This document shows, piece by piece, positions 33,861-46,332 of a stretch of DNA of 47,729 nt. The position numbers were made by a program, and so were the translations under genes. The stretch is taken from assembly GCF_004010195.1 (NCBI RefSeq), contig NC_057755.1, positions 7,244,252-7,291,980 on the forward strand. The letters run 5' to 3'. This stretch comes from Chiloscyllium plagiosum (Eukaryota). Position 1 is the first letter of the stretch; the number at the start of each line of letters is the position of its first letter. The notes under the pieces are model-generated. The model was not told where the DNA came from. It did not search any database and saw only the letters and a list, made by a program, of their open reading frames with translations.

Positions 33861-36424
33861 ACGTTCTTGTAATCTTACGGACAAGTAATAAATCATATCA
33901 GATCCACACATGTGTCAAGCAATTCCCAAGAATCTAAATAGATTCTAAGCGTCGCCCTTTGATCTGCCATAAATAGTTCCATGCAGTTGGCCGTTGAGGG
34001 TGTCTTTATGACCGTTTGCCTGCCATTCTTATATTGTTACATCTGGGCCGTGTGCCTTCAGAGAAGGAGCAGGCCGTATCTACCAACACCCCCGAGGTTT
34101 TCAAGAGAGGCAGGCACCCCAGGGTTTGGAGTGCCTTATTGCCCCCCACTGCAACTATTTTGATTTTGTCCCTGCGATAGCCTTTCACTTCTTGATCACA
34201 CAGAATTACCCTTTGATGAAAAGGGCGCTGATTGTGTTGTGAACATGCATGGATACTGTACCTTTAAAAGATTTGAAAAGCTAGCAAGGACTTAGAGAAG
34301 GGCAGAGAGTCTGGAACAGGGTAACAACGTAACAACTGTAATAGTTCAGAATTAACAAAGAAGCTAGATTTGGATTTAACAAGGACAAAGGTAAGGCTGA
34401 CATTTTAAGTGAGTTACTCAAACGCCTAGATTTGTCAGAGAAACAGACAAGGGCAGTCGATAAAAGAAAGAGAGAAGGTTCTTCGCTGAGCAAAAAGAGA
34501 GAATTTGAATTTGAGAAGTTGCGACTTATTCAGCAAAGTGAAGTTAACAGGATCTGGATTAAAAAAGAAGTAGTGGAGTATACAAATATGTTAAACCTGC
34601 CACATTTTGATGAGCATGATGTTGAAGCCTTCTTTATTTTATTTGAAAAATGGGGTAGGCAGATGGAGTGGTCCGAGGATTTATGGGTAATGTTAGTTCA
34701 GACTAATCCGGTAGGCAGAGCGAGTGAGGTATTTGCCACGCTGTCAGATGAGGGGTCAAGAGATCAAGAAGAGGTCAAACAGGCTATTCTAAGCGCTTAT
34801 GAATTAGTAGCAGAAGCATATAGACAGCGGCTCAGAAATAGAAAGTGGGAACCAATTCAGACTTAGTTGAGTACGAACGAATTAAACACAGTCATTTTGA
34901 TTGATGGTTGCGTGCTCTAAAGATAGATAGGACCTTTGAGGCGAGGTTGTTCTTCTGGTGGAATGTAAAAACTCACTCCCAGAGATGGTATAAATTCACG
35001 TGGAGGAACAGAAAGTTCAGGAAGTGAGAAGTGCAACAGAATAGAAGATGAATAAACATTGGCGCATAAGACAAGCATCCACCCAGAATTTTGTCCTGTG
35101 AGGGATAAAAGTTGGGAGAAGGGGAGATCCTACACTATGAAACAAAGAGTAGAGAGCACTGGTAAGGGATGACCACAGGTTAAGTAAGAAACCCAAGAGG
35201 GTGAAAAGGAGGTGAATGGCCTCAGGGCTTTTCAATGTAATGGAGGGGGACACAGAAAACTTCAGTGCCAGTGGTTTCAGAAGGGCACTGGGAAAAGGTG
35301 TTTTCGCTGCCAGAAGGTTGGACACAAAGTCACAGTGCTGGTCGTTCATGAAACGCGCTGTGGGAAAAGATGTGGGAAAAGAAGCTAAGCCAGTGGCATT
35401 AGTGACGGTAGTTAAGGAAATCTCAAGAAGAGCCGAGGACCTGGAGGAGAGTGCACGACCTTGGCAGGGGCTCGGTATAGATTTACTACCTCATCTCAGT
35501 AAAGAATCCGCATCTTTCGGTAAAGTCTACTCAGAAAGAACAGGGGAAAAAGGGCCAGGAGCTATAATTCTGAGAGATACAGGAGCTAACCAGTAGTTGA
35601 TAGTAAGAGATGAGCGAATATGCACACTTTCTGTTGTAATTTGTGGGATAGGTGGACAGAAATTTAGCTTTCTGCTCTGTAAGATCAGGTTGGAGTACCA
35701 AATCAAGACTGGGGAAGTTGCAGTAGGACTGGTTGACAGATTATCAGTTCTAGGAATTCAGTTTGTTCTTGGGAATGATTTTGCAGGGTCCAAGTGGGAG
35801 TGACATGCATTGTTGTGGAGAAGTCCCGTGAAGACCAAGAAACTGAGGAGTTTAAACAGCAGTATCCTAGCATTTTCCCTGACTGTGTAGCAGCCAGATC
35901 CCACGATCTTAAGTGACAGCATGAAGCAAAAACTAAAGAGTAAGCTGAAGGGGTTGAGGTTCAGTTAATGGATAACCTGCTTGATGTAATGGCGCAGGGA
36001 CAATCTGAACAGGCAGAGGGTCCTGAAAGGCGAAGGGAATTGCAACAGCAAGACAAGACGACAAAAGATAAATATGAAGATGTATACTCCGAAAATGAGT
36101 CAGAGAATATCCCCGAGGTTATTACCTGAAAGATAGAGTCCGAAAACGGAAAAGGAGACCATGACAGGTTAGTGCAGGGGATAAATGGGCCGAAGTACAG
36201 ATTGTGTTGCCAGTCGCATACAGACAGGTAGTTCATGTGTAGCACATGAACTACATCTAGGAGGTAACTGTGGGGTAGGAGATACTCAGGCTCAAGTACA
36301 AAATCATTTTCATTGGCCTGGGATGCACAAGGATGTGGTTAACCTTTGCCTTACGTGTCATACATACCAAATGGTAGGTAAGCCACAGGTGGTAAAACCA
36401 ACACCTTCCCAAGCACTACAAGTG

Positions 36425-36553
36425 GGAAAAACAATGACTGCAGATGCTGGAAACCAGATTCTGGATTAGAGTGGTGCTGGAAAAGCTCAGCAGTTCAGGC
36501 AGCATCCGAGGTGCAGTAAAATCAACGTTTTGGGCAAAAGCCAATCATCAGGA
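36425..36553 (-). mobile_element. Penelope family A-like arm within the Gypsy integrase
   Basis: CTGCAGATGCTGG...GCTGGAAAAGC.CAGCAG.TCAGGCAGCATCC...TCATCAGG. Confidence 0.7.
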
Positions 36554-37816
36554 GTGGGAACCAGTACTTGTTAATCAGAATAGATGTGTTGACCAGGTTT
36601 CTGGAGGTAATTTCATTATGGAATATCAAGACAAAAAGAGTGGTAGAGGTGTTAGCAGCTTTCTTCGCACGGGATGGACTGCCCAGAGAGACTCAGTCGA
36701 ACCAAAGTCGTTTAACGTAGTTTAAGGTGGTTATGTATAGCTTAAATATACAGCGTTTTAAATCCAGTGCATATCACCCTGAATCCCTGGAAGATTTAGA
36801 AAGGTGGCATCAGACGTTAGAAACCACGCTGAGAGCATACTGACAGGGTTGCTGGAATGATTGGGATAACATTATTTGTATTGTTTGCCATTTGAGAAGT
36901 CCCAAACTAATCTATTCAGTTCACTCCCTTGGAGTTAGAATTTCGGCATTAAGTGAGAGGCCCTTTGAAACTAATGTGAGAAAAATTGGCAGGACCAAAG
37001 TCAGAGATCTCACACTCAGATTATGTATCTGAGGTGAGGGAGAAATTAAATTGGGTAGGTGACTTAGTTAAACAACACCTAAACAGGGCACAGCATAGAA
37101 TGAAGCAGGTGGCAGATAAAAGCTCTGAGGGTCGGCCATTTTCCCGATGGGATGACATGTTGCTACTATTGCCAGTGATACAAGATCTCTTCAAAGACAA
37201 ATTTAACGCTCCCAATCAGATTGAGGAAAAGTTGAGTCAGGTGAAAAAGGTGATTAATCTAGTAAAGATGCCAGATTGGGAAAAAAAAAGTAGTGAGTAT
37301 TGCATGTAAACATGTTGAAACTGTATTATAATAGAGAGGATAACTGGAGAAACAAGTGTTCGTTACTGCCCCGCAGAGTGAGGAAGCAAATCCAAATGAT
37401 GTGGATTTTGATGCGCTACAAAATAGATTGATAAAATGAAGAAGTCCTTGAGGAGTGGGATAGGTTAGCAAACTATCTGTGTCCTGAGCAGAACTATCTG
37501 TGTCCTGAGTTGAAAGATTCATTAATGCATTGGAAGAACATATGTAAGAATCAGATGGGGAGGATTAAATGCTATTGTACATGAAGTAGGTGTAGGGAAT
37601 GCTACTCCCACAAAACAGCACCCCATTCAGCTTAATCTTCCAATGCCAGACAGGTCCAGAATGAGGTGGGGGCCATGCTTGCAGACGATATCATCGAACT
37701 CGATGATTGAATTGCTCATCGTCTTAGTTGCCAAACTGGATGGGATTCAGTGATTTTGCATGGATAATTGGAAGGTCAATGCTGTTACAAAATCAGACTC
37801 AAATCCAATTCCGAGT

Positions 37817-38099
37817 TTAGATTAGATTACTTACAGTGTGGAAACAGGCCCTTCGGCCAAACAAGCCCCCGCCGACTCTCCGAAGAGCAACCCACCCAGA
37901 CCCATTCCCCTACATTTACCCCATCACCTAACACTACAGGCAATTTGGCATGGCCAATTCACCTGACCTGCACATCTTTGGACTATGGGAGGAAACCGGA
38001 GTATGTACAACCTCCACACAGTTGCCTGAGGCAGGAATTGAACCCAGGTCTCTGGCGCTGTGAGGCAGCAGTGCTAACCACTGTGCCACTCTGTGGCCC
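37817..38099 (-). mobile_element. HE1-type V-SINE
   Basis: (TAGAT)n tail, V-domain and tRNA head, all in reverse. Confidence 0.9.
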
Positions 38100-39187
38100 G
38101 GTAAAAGCTTGGAAGATTATAACGAGAAAGTCGGACATGCCAGTTACAAAACCAAGTTAGACTTACTGCGTGGTTACTGGCAGGGACCTTTATTAGAGAC
38201 AGTGAAAAGAATTTCTGTGTGTGCAACCCCAAATGGGCCATATCAATTTAAAGTGATGCCCTTTGGAATGAAGAATACACCCACCACATTACAAAGATTA
38301 ATGAACAGAGTCGTGGCTGGGTCAATGTATTTGGACAATGTCGTGATATTTCGTAAGTCCTGGAAAGATCACATGGTACAGTTGGCAGAGCTCTTTGAAT
38401 GACTACGAGAAGCAAAACTGGTAATAAACCTAAACAAAACTGAATTAACGAAAGCAGAGGTCACGTTCTTGGGACATAACATTGGTCATGGAAGGTTTTT
38501 TTAGATTAGATTAGATTAGATTACAGTGTGGAAACAGGCCCTTCGGCCAAACAAGCCCCCGCCGACTCTCCGAAGAGCAACCCACCCAGACCCATTCCCC
38601 TACATTTACCCCATCACCTAACACTACAGGCAATTTGGCATGGCCAATTCACCTGACCTGCACATCTTTGGACTATGGGAGGAAACCGGAGTATGTACAA
38701 CCTCCACACAGTTGCCTGAGGCAGGAATTGAACCCAGGTCTCTGGCGCTGTGAGGCAGCAGTGCTAACCACTGTGCCACTCTGTGGCCCGGTAAAAGCTT
38801 GGAAGATTATAACGAGAAAGTCGGACATGCCAGTTACAAAACCAAGTTAGACTTACTGCGTGGTTACTGGCAGGGACCTTTATTAGAGACAGTGAAAAGA
38901 ATTTCTGTGTGTGCAACCCCAAATGGGCCATATCAATTTAAAGTGATGCCCTTTGGAATGAAGAATACACCCACCACATTACAAAGATTAATGAACAGAG
39001 TCGTGGCTGGGTCAATGTATTTGGACAATGTCGTGATATTTCGTAAGTCCTGGAAAGATCACATGGTACAGTTGGCAGAGCTCTTTGAATGACTACGAGA
39101 AGCAAAACTGGTAATAAACCTAAACAAAACTGAATTAACGAAAGCAGAGGTCACGTTCTTGGGACATAACATTGGTCATGGAAGGTT
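37831..39187 (+). repeat. Tandem duplication, period 690 bp (HE1 SINE plus RT segment)
   Basis: 37831-38497 and 38521-39187 appear identical; identical 97-aa ORFs at 38109 and 38799. Confidence 0.95.
38501..38789 (-). mobile_element. HE1-type V-SINE (duplicate copy)
   Basis: Identical to 37817-38099 except for tail length. Confidence 0.9.
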
Positions 39188-39600
39188 GGCCCCTTGGAAC
39201 ACAAAGGTGAAGGCCATCAATGAGTTTACACGACAACGTCGAAGAAAGAGATGCTTCGATTCTTAAGAATCCACGAATTCTATCAGATATTTGTTCCAAA
39301 CTTCAGTAGTGCAGTGGCATCGTGAGCCGACTTGCTGAAGAAGGAAGTTTCAGTGGACATAACAAAGCCAGGAGAACGATATTAACCACTGCACCAATTT
39401 TGGCTGCAAAGTTTCAAAATATTTTAAAGTTTCCCTCGATGCTAGTGATAGAGGAATTGGAGTCACACTGTTATAGAAGACAAGGATGGGATTGAATTGC
39501 CAGTTGGTTACTTTTTGAAGAAACCCAACATCCACCAGAGGAAATACTCCACAATCAAAAAAGAACTAGTGAGTTTGGTACTGGCCTTACAACATTTTAA

Positions 39601-39880
39601 GGTCTCTCTGAAGAGTGGGGTGGGGCGGGAAATATATCCCGAGTGGTGGGGTCTGTTTGCAGGTAATGGAAGTGGCAGACAATGATGTGATGTGTCCAGA
39701 AGTTGGTGGGGTGGAAAGTGAGGATGGGGTGGTTTCTGTCCTTGTTGCGATTGGACGGGTGACAGTCAAGGGTGGAGGTGTGGGAACTGGAGGAGATACG
39801 CTGGAGGGCATTGTCGACCATGTCGGGGGGAAAATTATGGTCGTAGAAGAAGGCGGCTCTCTGAGATGTTGGTCCTCCTT
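39601..39880 (-). mobile_element. Penelope-like element coding fragment (RT C-terminus/linker before GIY-YIG)
   Basis: VDNALQRISS..RNKDRNHPILTFHPTN..HFHYLQTDPTTRDIFP.PP resembles the PLVLTFHP..IFP.PP linker of vertebrate Penelope ORFs. It truncates the Gypsy RNaseH. Confidence 0.7.
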
Positions 39881-40004
39881 GGAACAGTCAAAGGGCAGTC
39901 TACAGGGGTCCGTTAAGTTTTCTGGTGTCCGCTGATTAGAATGTAATTTTAGTGAAAAAATAAAGTTAATGTAAAATGGGAAACTTCAAAAGAGGTATAA
40001 ATAG

Positions 40005-40091
40005 TCCTCGGATGCTGGTTGACCTGCTGTGCATTTCCAGAACCACACTCTGGACTCAGATCCCCAGCATCTGCAGTCCTCCCTTTCTCCT
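40005..40091 (+). mobile_element. Penelope family A tail fragment
   Basis: CCTCGGATGCTG..TGACCTGCTGTGC.TTTCCAG...CCAGCATCTGCAGTCCTC. Confidence 0.7.
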
Positions 40092-40199
40092 GGAAGTTCT
40101 GTACATATCTTTGAGAAATAAATATATGGAATCGAAATTTATTGCACCTTAGATGACTGAGGTTCTTGGTACGTTAACAAGGAAGAAAAAGTGTATACC

Positions 40200-40890
40200 A
40201 GAAACATAACAGAAATAGAAATTGGGAAGAGTTTCTGAAATGCAAGAGAGAGATGCTAAGACTTGAGTAAGGAATGTAAAGAGGAAGGGGAGAGGAAAGA
40301 ATGCCAGGCTGCGTTGAAACAAATAATAAAATGTTCTTCAAACAAGTTCACAAAATAGGTTTAGTGAAGGCTAGACGGGGCTATGTGGAAATACATGTGA
40401 TGTACAGATCCTTGGCAGCATGGATTAGTAAATTAAACTTTGGCCAAAATATAGGAAGCAGAAGCTATACACAGATGGACACTTAAACTGGAAACAAATT
40501 GACACTGATGTTACCCAGGGATCAGGAATGATACTCGTGCTTTTTTCTTTCTGATTCATATGAATGAATTGGAGAATGGTATTGTAAGAAAAATCTCGAA
40601 ATTTGCAAATGATAACATCCAAAGGAGAATAGGGAAATCTGAGCATAATCCTGAGCATACACAGGATGGCCAATGGGCAGGTTCCTGGCATATAAACGTC
40701 AATGCGGAGAAATGAACCACAATGCATTTGGGTAGAAGAAGAAAGAAGACGCGATGCAGGATCAATGGTAACGCTTCCTGGGGAGTGCAGGACAGAGGCA
40801 ACAGAGTTCAAGTGCATAACTCTCAAATGTGGTCAGGCAATTTGAAAGAGATGTTAAGAAGACTGTGTGAATACCCTTGCTGAAATACAC
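40200..40890 (+). mobile_element. Highly degraded CR1 ORF2 fragments
   Basis: VTQGSGMILVLFLIHMNEL..ISKFAND, a decayed QGS..FADD motif. Confidence 0.65.
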
Positions 40891-40994
40891 GCAATCTCCA
40901 CCTCCCGCTCCACTCTCATGTACACACTTACTCTCCTCCTCAAAAAGTTCGAACACATGAAAACAAATTTCAATATCTTGTACATGACAGAAGG

Positions 40995-41200
40995 TCACTC
41001 CTGGGACGTGGGTGTCTCTGGCTTGCCAGCATTTGTTGCCTATCGTTGGCTGCTCTTGAACTGCGTTTTTTGCCAGGCTATTTGTGAGGGAAGCTGAGAG
41101 GAAACCATGTTGCTGTTGGTCTGGAGTCGCATGTTGGCCAGACCAGGTGATGGTGGCAGATTTTCTTCCTTGAAGAACATTAGTGAGTCAGGTGGATTCC
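40995..41200 (-). mobile_element. DeuSINE/SacSINE1-like fragment
   Basis: Homologous to 1800-2112. Confidence 0.5.
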
Positions 41201-41299
41201 CCCCACCCCCCTCCCATAATACACATGTTTCTGCATTTCCCTCAATGTTGGGAATTAATGCATTTTTCTTCATCAAAATGCATAATTTTATTTTTCTCG

Positions 41300-42110
41300 G
41301 CATTCAAACTCAACTGCAATGTGTCTGCCCATTTGGCTGACAGTTCAATGTCGCTCTGAAATCGCTCAGTGCCCTCTTCCCCAATTCACTGCTCTCCCCA
41401 GCTCCACAATAGCTTCAAATTTAGAGAATTTGCCATTGAACCCCATGTCCAACCCATTTGCCGTCTCCAATCTGAGGAAGTCCATCCATACCAAGATTAT
41501 GCTTCCTATCGTTTATCCAGTTTCTGATCCATGCTACGAAGGGCACATCAACGTTTATAATTTGCAAACCCAGACGTAATGTATGTATAAACTACATACA
41601 ACTACTCCAGCACATCCCAACACCCACTTAATCAAATAAAATGAATTAAAATTACCGGACATCACCTACGTTTGACAAAACCATGTTGATGGTCGAATAT
41701 TAACTGAGTTTTCATGAAGTGTATATTTATCTTACTCTTATTATGGCCTGTATGAATTTTCCCACTGTTGATGACAAACTAACTGGTCTGTTGTACATCG
41801 GGCTATCACTTGCCACTTTCGAAAACATTGGTGCCATATTTGGGTTCCTCCCGGACCCCAGGACTAATTCTGTGTTCAGATCAGCCTCGGAAATTTCTGT
41901 CAACGACCCTACAATTTTCTCTCTTTACTCTCTGAGCAATCTAGATATATATGATCTGGGCCTAGCGACGAGTCGACATGGAGTGCTGCTAGCCTTTGTA
42001 GCATCTACTATGAGACTGCTCAGATGCTTAAAGCTAATTTGGCAAAGACTCATTTAGCACCTCTTCCATGTCCTGTGTGAGCACCTTTCTCTGCTTGTTT
42101 CTTATGGTCC
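41300..42110 (-). mobile_element. Highly degraded CR1 ORF2 fragments
   Basis: Patchy similarity to the RT region of the neighbouring CR1 (e.g. YNRPVSL-like sequence near 41780). Confidence 0.5.
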
Positions 42111-42114
42111 TATT

Positions 42115-45100
42115 ATAGAACATAGAACATTACAGCGCAGTACAAGCCCTTCGGCCCTCGATGTTGCACCGACCTGTCATACCAATCTGAAGCCCATCTA
42201 ACCTACACTATTCTGTGGACGTCCATATGGTTGCCCAATGACGACTTAAATGTACTTAGAGTTGTCGAATCTACTACCGTTGCAGGCAAAGCATTCTATA
42301 CCCCTACTACTCTCTGAGTAAAGAAACTACCTTTGACATCTGTCCTATGTCTATCACCCCTCAGTTTAAAGCTATTCATCCCTTGTGCTCGCTGTCACCA
42401 TACTTGGAAAAAGGCTCTCACTGTTCATCCTATCTAACCCTAAAACTATCTTATATGTCTCTATTAACTCACCTCTCAACCTTCATCTCTCTAACAAAAA
42501 CAGCCTCAAGTCCCTCAGCCTTTCCTCGTAAGACCTTCCCTCCAGACCAGGCAAAATCCTAGTAAATCTCCTCTGAACCCTTTCCAAAGCTTCCCCATCC
42601 TCCCTATAATGCGGTGACCCGAACTGTACACAATACTCCAAGTGCGGCCACACCAGAGTTTTGTACCGCTGCGGCATGACCTCATGGTTCTGGAACTCGA
42701 TCCCTCTATTAATAAAAGCTAACACACTGTCTGCCTTCTTAACAACCCTGTCAATCTGGGTGGTAACTTTCAGGGATCTGTGTACCTGGACATAGATCTC
42801 TCTGCTCATTTACACTACCAACAATCTTACCATTAGCCCAGTACTTTGCATTCCGGTTACTCCGACCAAAGTGAATCACCTCACAATTGAGCGCATTAAA
42901 CTCCATTTGCCACCTCTCAGCCCAGCTCTGCAGCTTATCTATGTCTCTCTGTAACCTACAACATCCTTCGTCACTACCCACAATTCCACCAACCTTAATG
43001 TCATCTGCAAATTTACTAACGCATCCTTCTACACCCTCATCCAGATCGTTTATAAAATGACGAATAGTAGTGGACCCAACACCGATCCTTGCGGTACACC
43101 ACCTGTAACTGGGCTCTAGGATGAACATTTCCTATCAACCACCACCCTCTATCTTCATTCAGCAAGCCAATTACTGATCCAAACTGCTATATCTCCCACA
43201 ATCCCATTCCTCCACATTTTGTACAATAGCCTACTGTGCTGAAACTTATCGAACGCTTTGCTGAAGTCCATATACACCACATCAACCGGTTTACTCTCAT
43301 CTACCTGTTTGGTCACCTTCTCAAAGAACTCAATAAGGTTTGTGAGACACGACCTACCCTTAACAAAACTGTGCTGACTCTTCCTCATCAAATTATTCTT
43401 TTCTAGATGATTATAAATCCTATCTCTTCTAAACCTTTCCAACACTTTACCAACAACTGAAATAAGGCTCACTGGTCTATAATTACCAGGGTTTTCTCTA
43501 CTCCTCTTCTTGAACAGGGGAACCACATTTGGTTCTATTCCTGTAGACAATGACGATTTAAAGATCAATGCCAATGCCTCGGCAATCTCCGCCCTGGCTT
43601 CCCAGAGGATCCTAGGATAAATCCCATCCGGCCCAGGGGACTTATCTATTTTCACACTCTGCAGGATTTCTAATACCTCCTCCTTGTGAACCTCAATCAC
43701 ACCTAGTCTAGTCGCCTGTATCTCAGTAATCTCCTCGCCAACATTGTCAGTTTTCGAGAGTGAGTACTGTCGAAAAATATTCATTAAGTGCTTCCCCTAT
43801 CTCCTCTGACTCCACACACAACTTCTCACTACTATCCTTGTTTGGCCCTAATCTTACTCTCGTCATTCTTTTATTCCTTAAATACCTATAGAAAGCCTTA
43901 GGGTTTACCCTGATCCTATCCGCCAACAACTTCTCATGTCCCCTCCAGGCTCTTTGGAGCGCTCTCTTAAATCTTTCCTGGCTATTTTGTAACCGTCAAG
44001 TGCCCTAACTCAGCCTTCACATCTCATCACAACATAAACTTTTTTCTTCCTCTTGACCAAAGATTCCACTTCCTTCGTACACCATGGCTCCCATGCTCGA
44101 CTGATTCCTCCCTGCCTGACAGGTACATAGGTATCTAGGACACACAGGAGCTTTTCCTTGAATAAGTTCCATATTTGTAATGTGCCCATCCTCTGCACTT
44201 TCCTTCCCCATCCCATGCTTCCTAAACCTTGCCTAATCGCATCGTAATTTCCTTTGTCCCAGCTGTAACTCTTGCTCAGTAGTATACACATATCCCTTTC
44301 TATCACTAAAGTAAAACTAACAGATTTGTGATCGCTATCACCAAAGTGCTCACCTACTTCCAAGTCTAACACCTGGCCCTCTACATCTCTGGAACTATTC
44401 GGAGCCTATAGAAAACTCCCAACAGGGTGACCTCTCCTTTCCTGTTTCTAACCTCAGCTCCTACTACCTCAGTTGACGAGTCCCCAAACATCCTTTCTGC
44501 AACTGTAATACTGTCCTTGACCAACAATGCCACACCTCCCCCTCTTTCATCATTTTCTCTGTTCTTACTGAAAAAGCTAAATCCTGGAACCTGCAACAAC
44601 CATTTCTGTCCCTGCTCTATCCATGTCTCCGAAATGACCACAACATCGAAGTCCCAGGTACCAACCCACTCTGCAAGTTCACCCACCTTATTCCGGATGC
44701 TCCTGGCGTTGAAGTAAACACCCTTCAAACTAACTTCTTGCTTTCTGGTGCCATCTTGCGTCCCTGAAACTTGATGTCGCACCCCCCTACTCTCAACTTT
44801 TTCTATACTCGAACTATTATTTTGGTTCCCATTCCCCTGATGGATTAGTTTAAACCCACCCCAATAGCCTTAGCGAATTTCCCCCAGGATATTGATACCC
44901 CTCTGGCTCAGATGAAGACTATACTGCGTGTAGAGGTCCCACGTATCCCTCCTGCACCATCCCTATAGCCACGTGTTCAAATCCTCTCTCTTCCTATTCT
45001 TTGCCTCACTAGCAGGTGGCATGGGCAATAAACCAGAGGCAACAACTCTGTTCGTCCTAGCTCTAAGCTTCCATCCTAGCTCCCTGAATTTCTCCTTTAT
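42115..45100 (-). mobile_element. CR1 LINE (ORF1 end, near-complete ORF2, 3' UTR and tail), decayed
   Basis: YFNARSIRNK, ISETW, GGGVALLVK, DKSPGPDGIYPRIL, NYRPVSL, DFSKAFDK, KFADD, HLEYCVQF; tail ATAGAACATAGAACAT at 42115-42130. Close relative of 23110-26211. Confidence 0.94.
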
Positions 45101-45188
45101 ATTCTACACTAATCTTTTATGAATAATATATAGATATATTATTGTAAATGAAAGATCAGAGATCATCATTTTCTGAAGGATGTATCCC

Positions 45189-45345
45189 AAGTTTAGTGAT
45201 TGATCCCGAGGGACAATGAGAAAAACAGGGATGCCAGTGATACATCTGGATACAGACTGACATTCAGATTGAGGTTAGTGACTTATCCGGATGGACAGTG
45301 ACAATAAGAGTGAGTTTACTGATGTGTCCAGATGGAAGGTGATGG
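45189..45345 (+). repeat. Second array of the ~41-bp minisatellite (about 4 degenerate units)
   Basis: Unit at 45271, GAGGTTAGTGACTTATCCGGATGGACAGTGACAATAAGA, matches the unit at 16534 with 4 mismatches. Confidence 0.8.
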
Positions 45346-45644
45346 TTTGAGGATTTGCATTCTTGTTAAATTCTGCCTTATTTGAACGTGGTGCTTTGAT
45401 GAAGGACGTGTGACAATCTGACTGTGATTTTTATTGTTTGGATAAATGCAAGCTTCTGTTCGGAGGGCTCTGTTCTTTGGATGAGCTCCGTTGGCTTGAG
45501 ACGTTTGTGTCAGGGAATGGGATTCATTCAGAATAAAGAATTGCTTGAATTTGATTTCTATTAAATTCAGAAATCGAAACTGCTTGTAATGCTGAAGTAG
45601 CGTGAGACGCTGAATTGTTTTCTCTTACAATGAGCTTTTGGAAG

Positions 45645-45940
45645 ACAGTGGCATAGTGAAATTATTACTTAGTTACTGTTGTGAGGTCGAGGTTAATGTG
45701 TAGTGAGTGTAGGTTCGAATCCCACCATGGCAGGTGCAGAAGTTCAAATGACATTGCAATTTTCAATTAATCCGCTCGTCCATTTCTCCATTGTGGGAAG
45801 TGCATCTTGTTCACTGAAAACCTTTCATCAGGAAAATGAGTCTGCTCTCCTTACGTGATCCTCCATATGACAACAGACTCTGAGCAATGGTGAATAAATG
45901 CTGATCACAGCAGCAATGCACACATTCACTGAACGAGAAG
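45645..45940 (+). mobile_element. DeuSINE/SacSINE1-like SINE
   Basis: A box GTGGCATAGTG, B box GGTTCGAATCC, 3' AATAAATGCTG..CAGCAATGC.CACAT. Confidence 0.6.
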
Positions 45941-46241
45941 AACCAGATCAAACATTGAGTTAAAAGTTCTTGTTTGAAATAGGCAGCTCCAACCCTTGAG
46001 GGCAGAGAATGATATTTGAGTGGTCAACATTATTGCTTATATGTCGCACATTCTGTTTTTGTTATTCAGTTTGTGTCCAGAGTAGCAATGCTCCTTCATA
46101 ATACGGATTGCATTCGTTTTTGCAATTAGCCTGCTCATTTACAAAAAAAACAACAATTGGAAAACGGTCACAAAGCTGAGCAAAGTTGCAATCTTGACTT
46201 CCCCAGGGAGATTCCGCAGAGTATAAGGCGGCGTTTATGGA

Positions 46242-46332
46242 ATGCATCAAATCAGAGTTTCAAACAAGGATCAACCAATTCAACACGTGTAAAAACTGTT
46301 CTACACCACCCTTGCTTGCATTGGCATTTCTG
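46242..46332 (+). pseudogene. Probable pseudogenised exon 1 of a second GPR139-like receptor
   Basis: One frame reads MHQIRVSNKDQPIQHV*KLFYTTLACIGIS+G, then GTATGG. It aligns to exon 1 of gene 1 (PIILQIKDIFYPMLAAFGVP), has the same phase-1 donor, and has TAA at 46290-46292. TATAAG lies at 46222. No exon 2 is in the window. Confidence 0.6.

Larger units (their letters stand above)
34234..39600 (+). mobile_element. Second decayed Gmr1-type Gypsy (gag-PR-INT-RT-RNaseH)
   Basis: Gag LPHFDEHDVEAFFILFEK..AILSAYELVAEAYRQR; PR ILRDTG (~35570); INT HFHWPGMHKDV..CLTCHTYQ (36240-37330); RT LDLLRGYWQ..FKVMPFGMKNTP..YLDN (38109-39190); RH DASD.GIG..YSTIKKEL (39430-39600). Confidence 0.9.

Noticed and set aside
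34432..34866. Domesticated gag/SCAN host gene
   Set aside because: It is embedded in a uniformly decayed Gypsy, with stops and frameshifts on both sides.
7851..38099. Shared ancestral HE1 insertion in the RT of both large Gypsy elements
   Set aside because: The insertion points differ (before versus after the VNAVTK..IP motif), so they are independent events.
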